Positions 63,282-64,000 of a stretch of 64,000 nucleotides of DNA are shown one piece after another. The stretch lies in contig JAHPZH010000005.1 in assembly GCA_019058315.1 (NCBI GenBank), forward strand, positions 288,001 through 352,000, read 5' to 3'. Source of the stretch: Candidatus Helarchaeota archaeon. Lineage in GTDB: Archaea; Asgardarchaeota; Lokiarchaeia; Helarchaeales; RDOG01. Made by a program: the position numbers and the translations under genes. Under the pieces are notes generated by a model. That model was not told where the DNA came from, did not search any database, and saw only the letters and a program-made list of their open reading frames with translations. How positions within the stretch are numbered: the first letter of the stretch is position 1; the number at the start of each line of letters is the position of its first letter.

Positions 63282-63299
63282 AATCAGGTGTTATAAAAT

Positions 63300-63926
63300 T
63301 TGGAATGGAATCCATTAAAATGGCCATATTATTGCATTGCTGGTATTATTTCCATCTTGTTTTTTTTCATTTTCAGTTATATTGCTTACCTTCACTTTCC
63401 AATTAACTATTCAATATTTACAAATTATGTTTCTGAATTGGGTAATTCATTACGAAATCCAAGTGGTGCTATCTATTTCAACATTGGAGTAATTTTAACA
63501 GGAATTGCTCTTTTTCCATTCTTTATTGGGCTTTACTTATGGTATTCAGAAGTCACTTGGAGGACTACACTCATAATTATTTCTCAATTATTCGGTTTTG
63601 GTGCAGCTTTTTCTGTGATTATGGTTGGCTTTTTTCCCGAGCACCTTATAACTGCCCATTTATTCTGGAGTTATCTTTTTTTCATAATGCTTCTTATTTT
63701 TACTCTCTTGATTTCAATCTCTTTATTTACCCATCCCGATTTTAATAGAATAATAAGTATTTTTGGCTTTGTAATTGTAGCTCTTTATGTATTATTTTTT
63801 TATTTAGTGATTAATAATTTGTTCATAGGGCTTAATTATATACTCGAATGGCTTATGGTGATATTTATTTTTACTTTATTTGGTTTAATCACATTAAATA
63901 TGTTTAAATTAAAATATCCATCATGA
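63300..63926 (+). CDS. DUF998 family membrane protein
   Basis: YS..TNYVSELG, FN.G, VGFFPE....H, LEW. Confidence 0.8.
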   Translation: MEWNPLKWPYYCIAGIISILFFFIFSYIAYLHFPINYSIFTNYVSELGNSLRNPSGAIYFNIGVILTGIALFPFFIGLYLWYSEVTWRTTLIIISQLFGFGAAFSVIMVGFFPEHLITAHLFWSYLFFIMLLIFTLLISISLFTHPDFNRIISIFGFVIVALYVLFFYLVINNLFIGLNYILEWLMVIFIFTLFGLITLNMFKLKYPS

Positions 63927-64000
63927 AATTAAATATTTTCAAATATTGAAATAAGATTTTATTTCATTTAAATCAATTACAGATAAGATTTTTATCTAAA

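Overview
AT-rich archaeal chromosomal segment, most likely an Asgard archaeon (Lokiarchaeia/Helarchaeales-like): it has a Rab-like GTPase, two histones, ribosomal eS25, an archaeal-type GlyA and a giant surface protein rich in N-glycosylation sequons. No rRNA, tRNA, CRISPR array, integrase or transposase was recognised. Main points: (1) a PolB2-type polymerase at the left edge (absent from the ORF track) and, 20 kb away, an inactive RadA paralogue with a C-terminal PIP-box-like motif plus the small PolB2-associated protein; both loci share an upstream motif, suggesting a split, co-regulated mutasome-like system; (2) two sets of 2-hydroxyacyl-CoA dehydratase/benzoyl-CoA reductase-family genes, each with three alpha-type and one beta-type subunit, sharing one activator; (3) an AT-rich island between them with a stand-alone ArcS catalytic core, a RaSEA-like radical SAM gene and a divergent wHTH gene, 10 kb from queEDC; (4) a divergent histone pair showing patchwork identity; (5) a 3048-aa surface protein with 13 Ig-like repeats and a 7-blade propeller inserted inside another domain; (6) an acyl-CoA ligase with an SCP2-like insertion. 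All family calls come from motif recognition by eye; no database searches were run.
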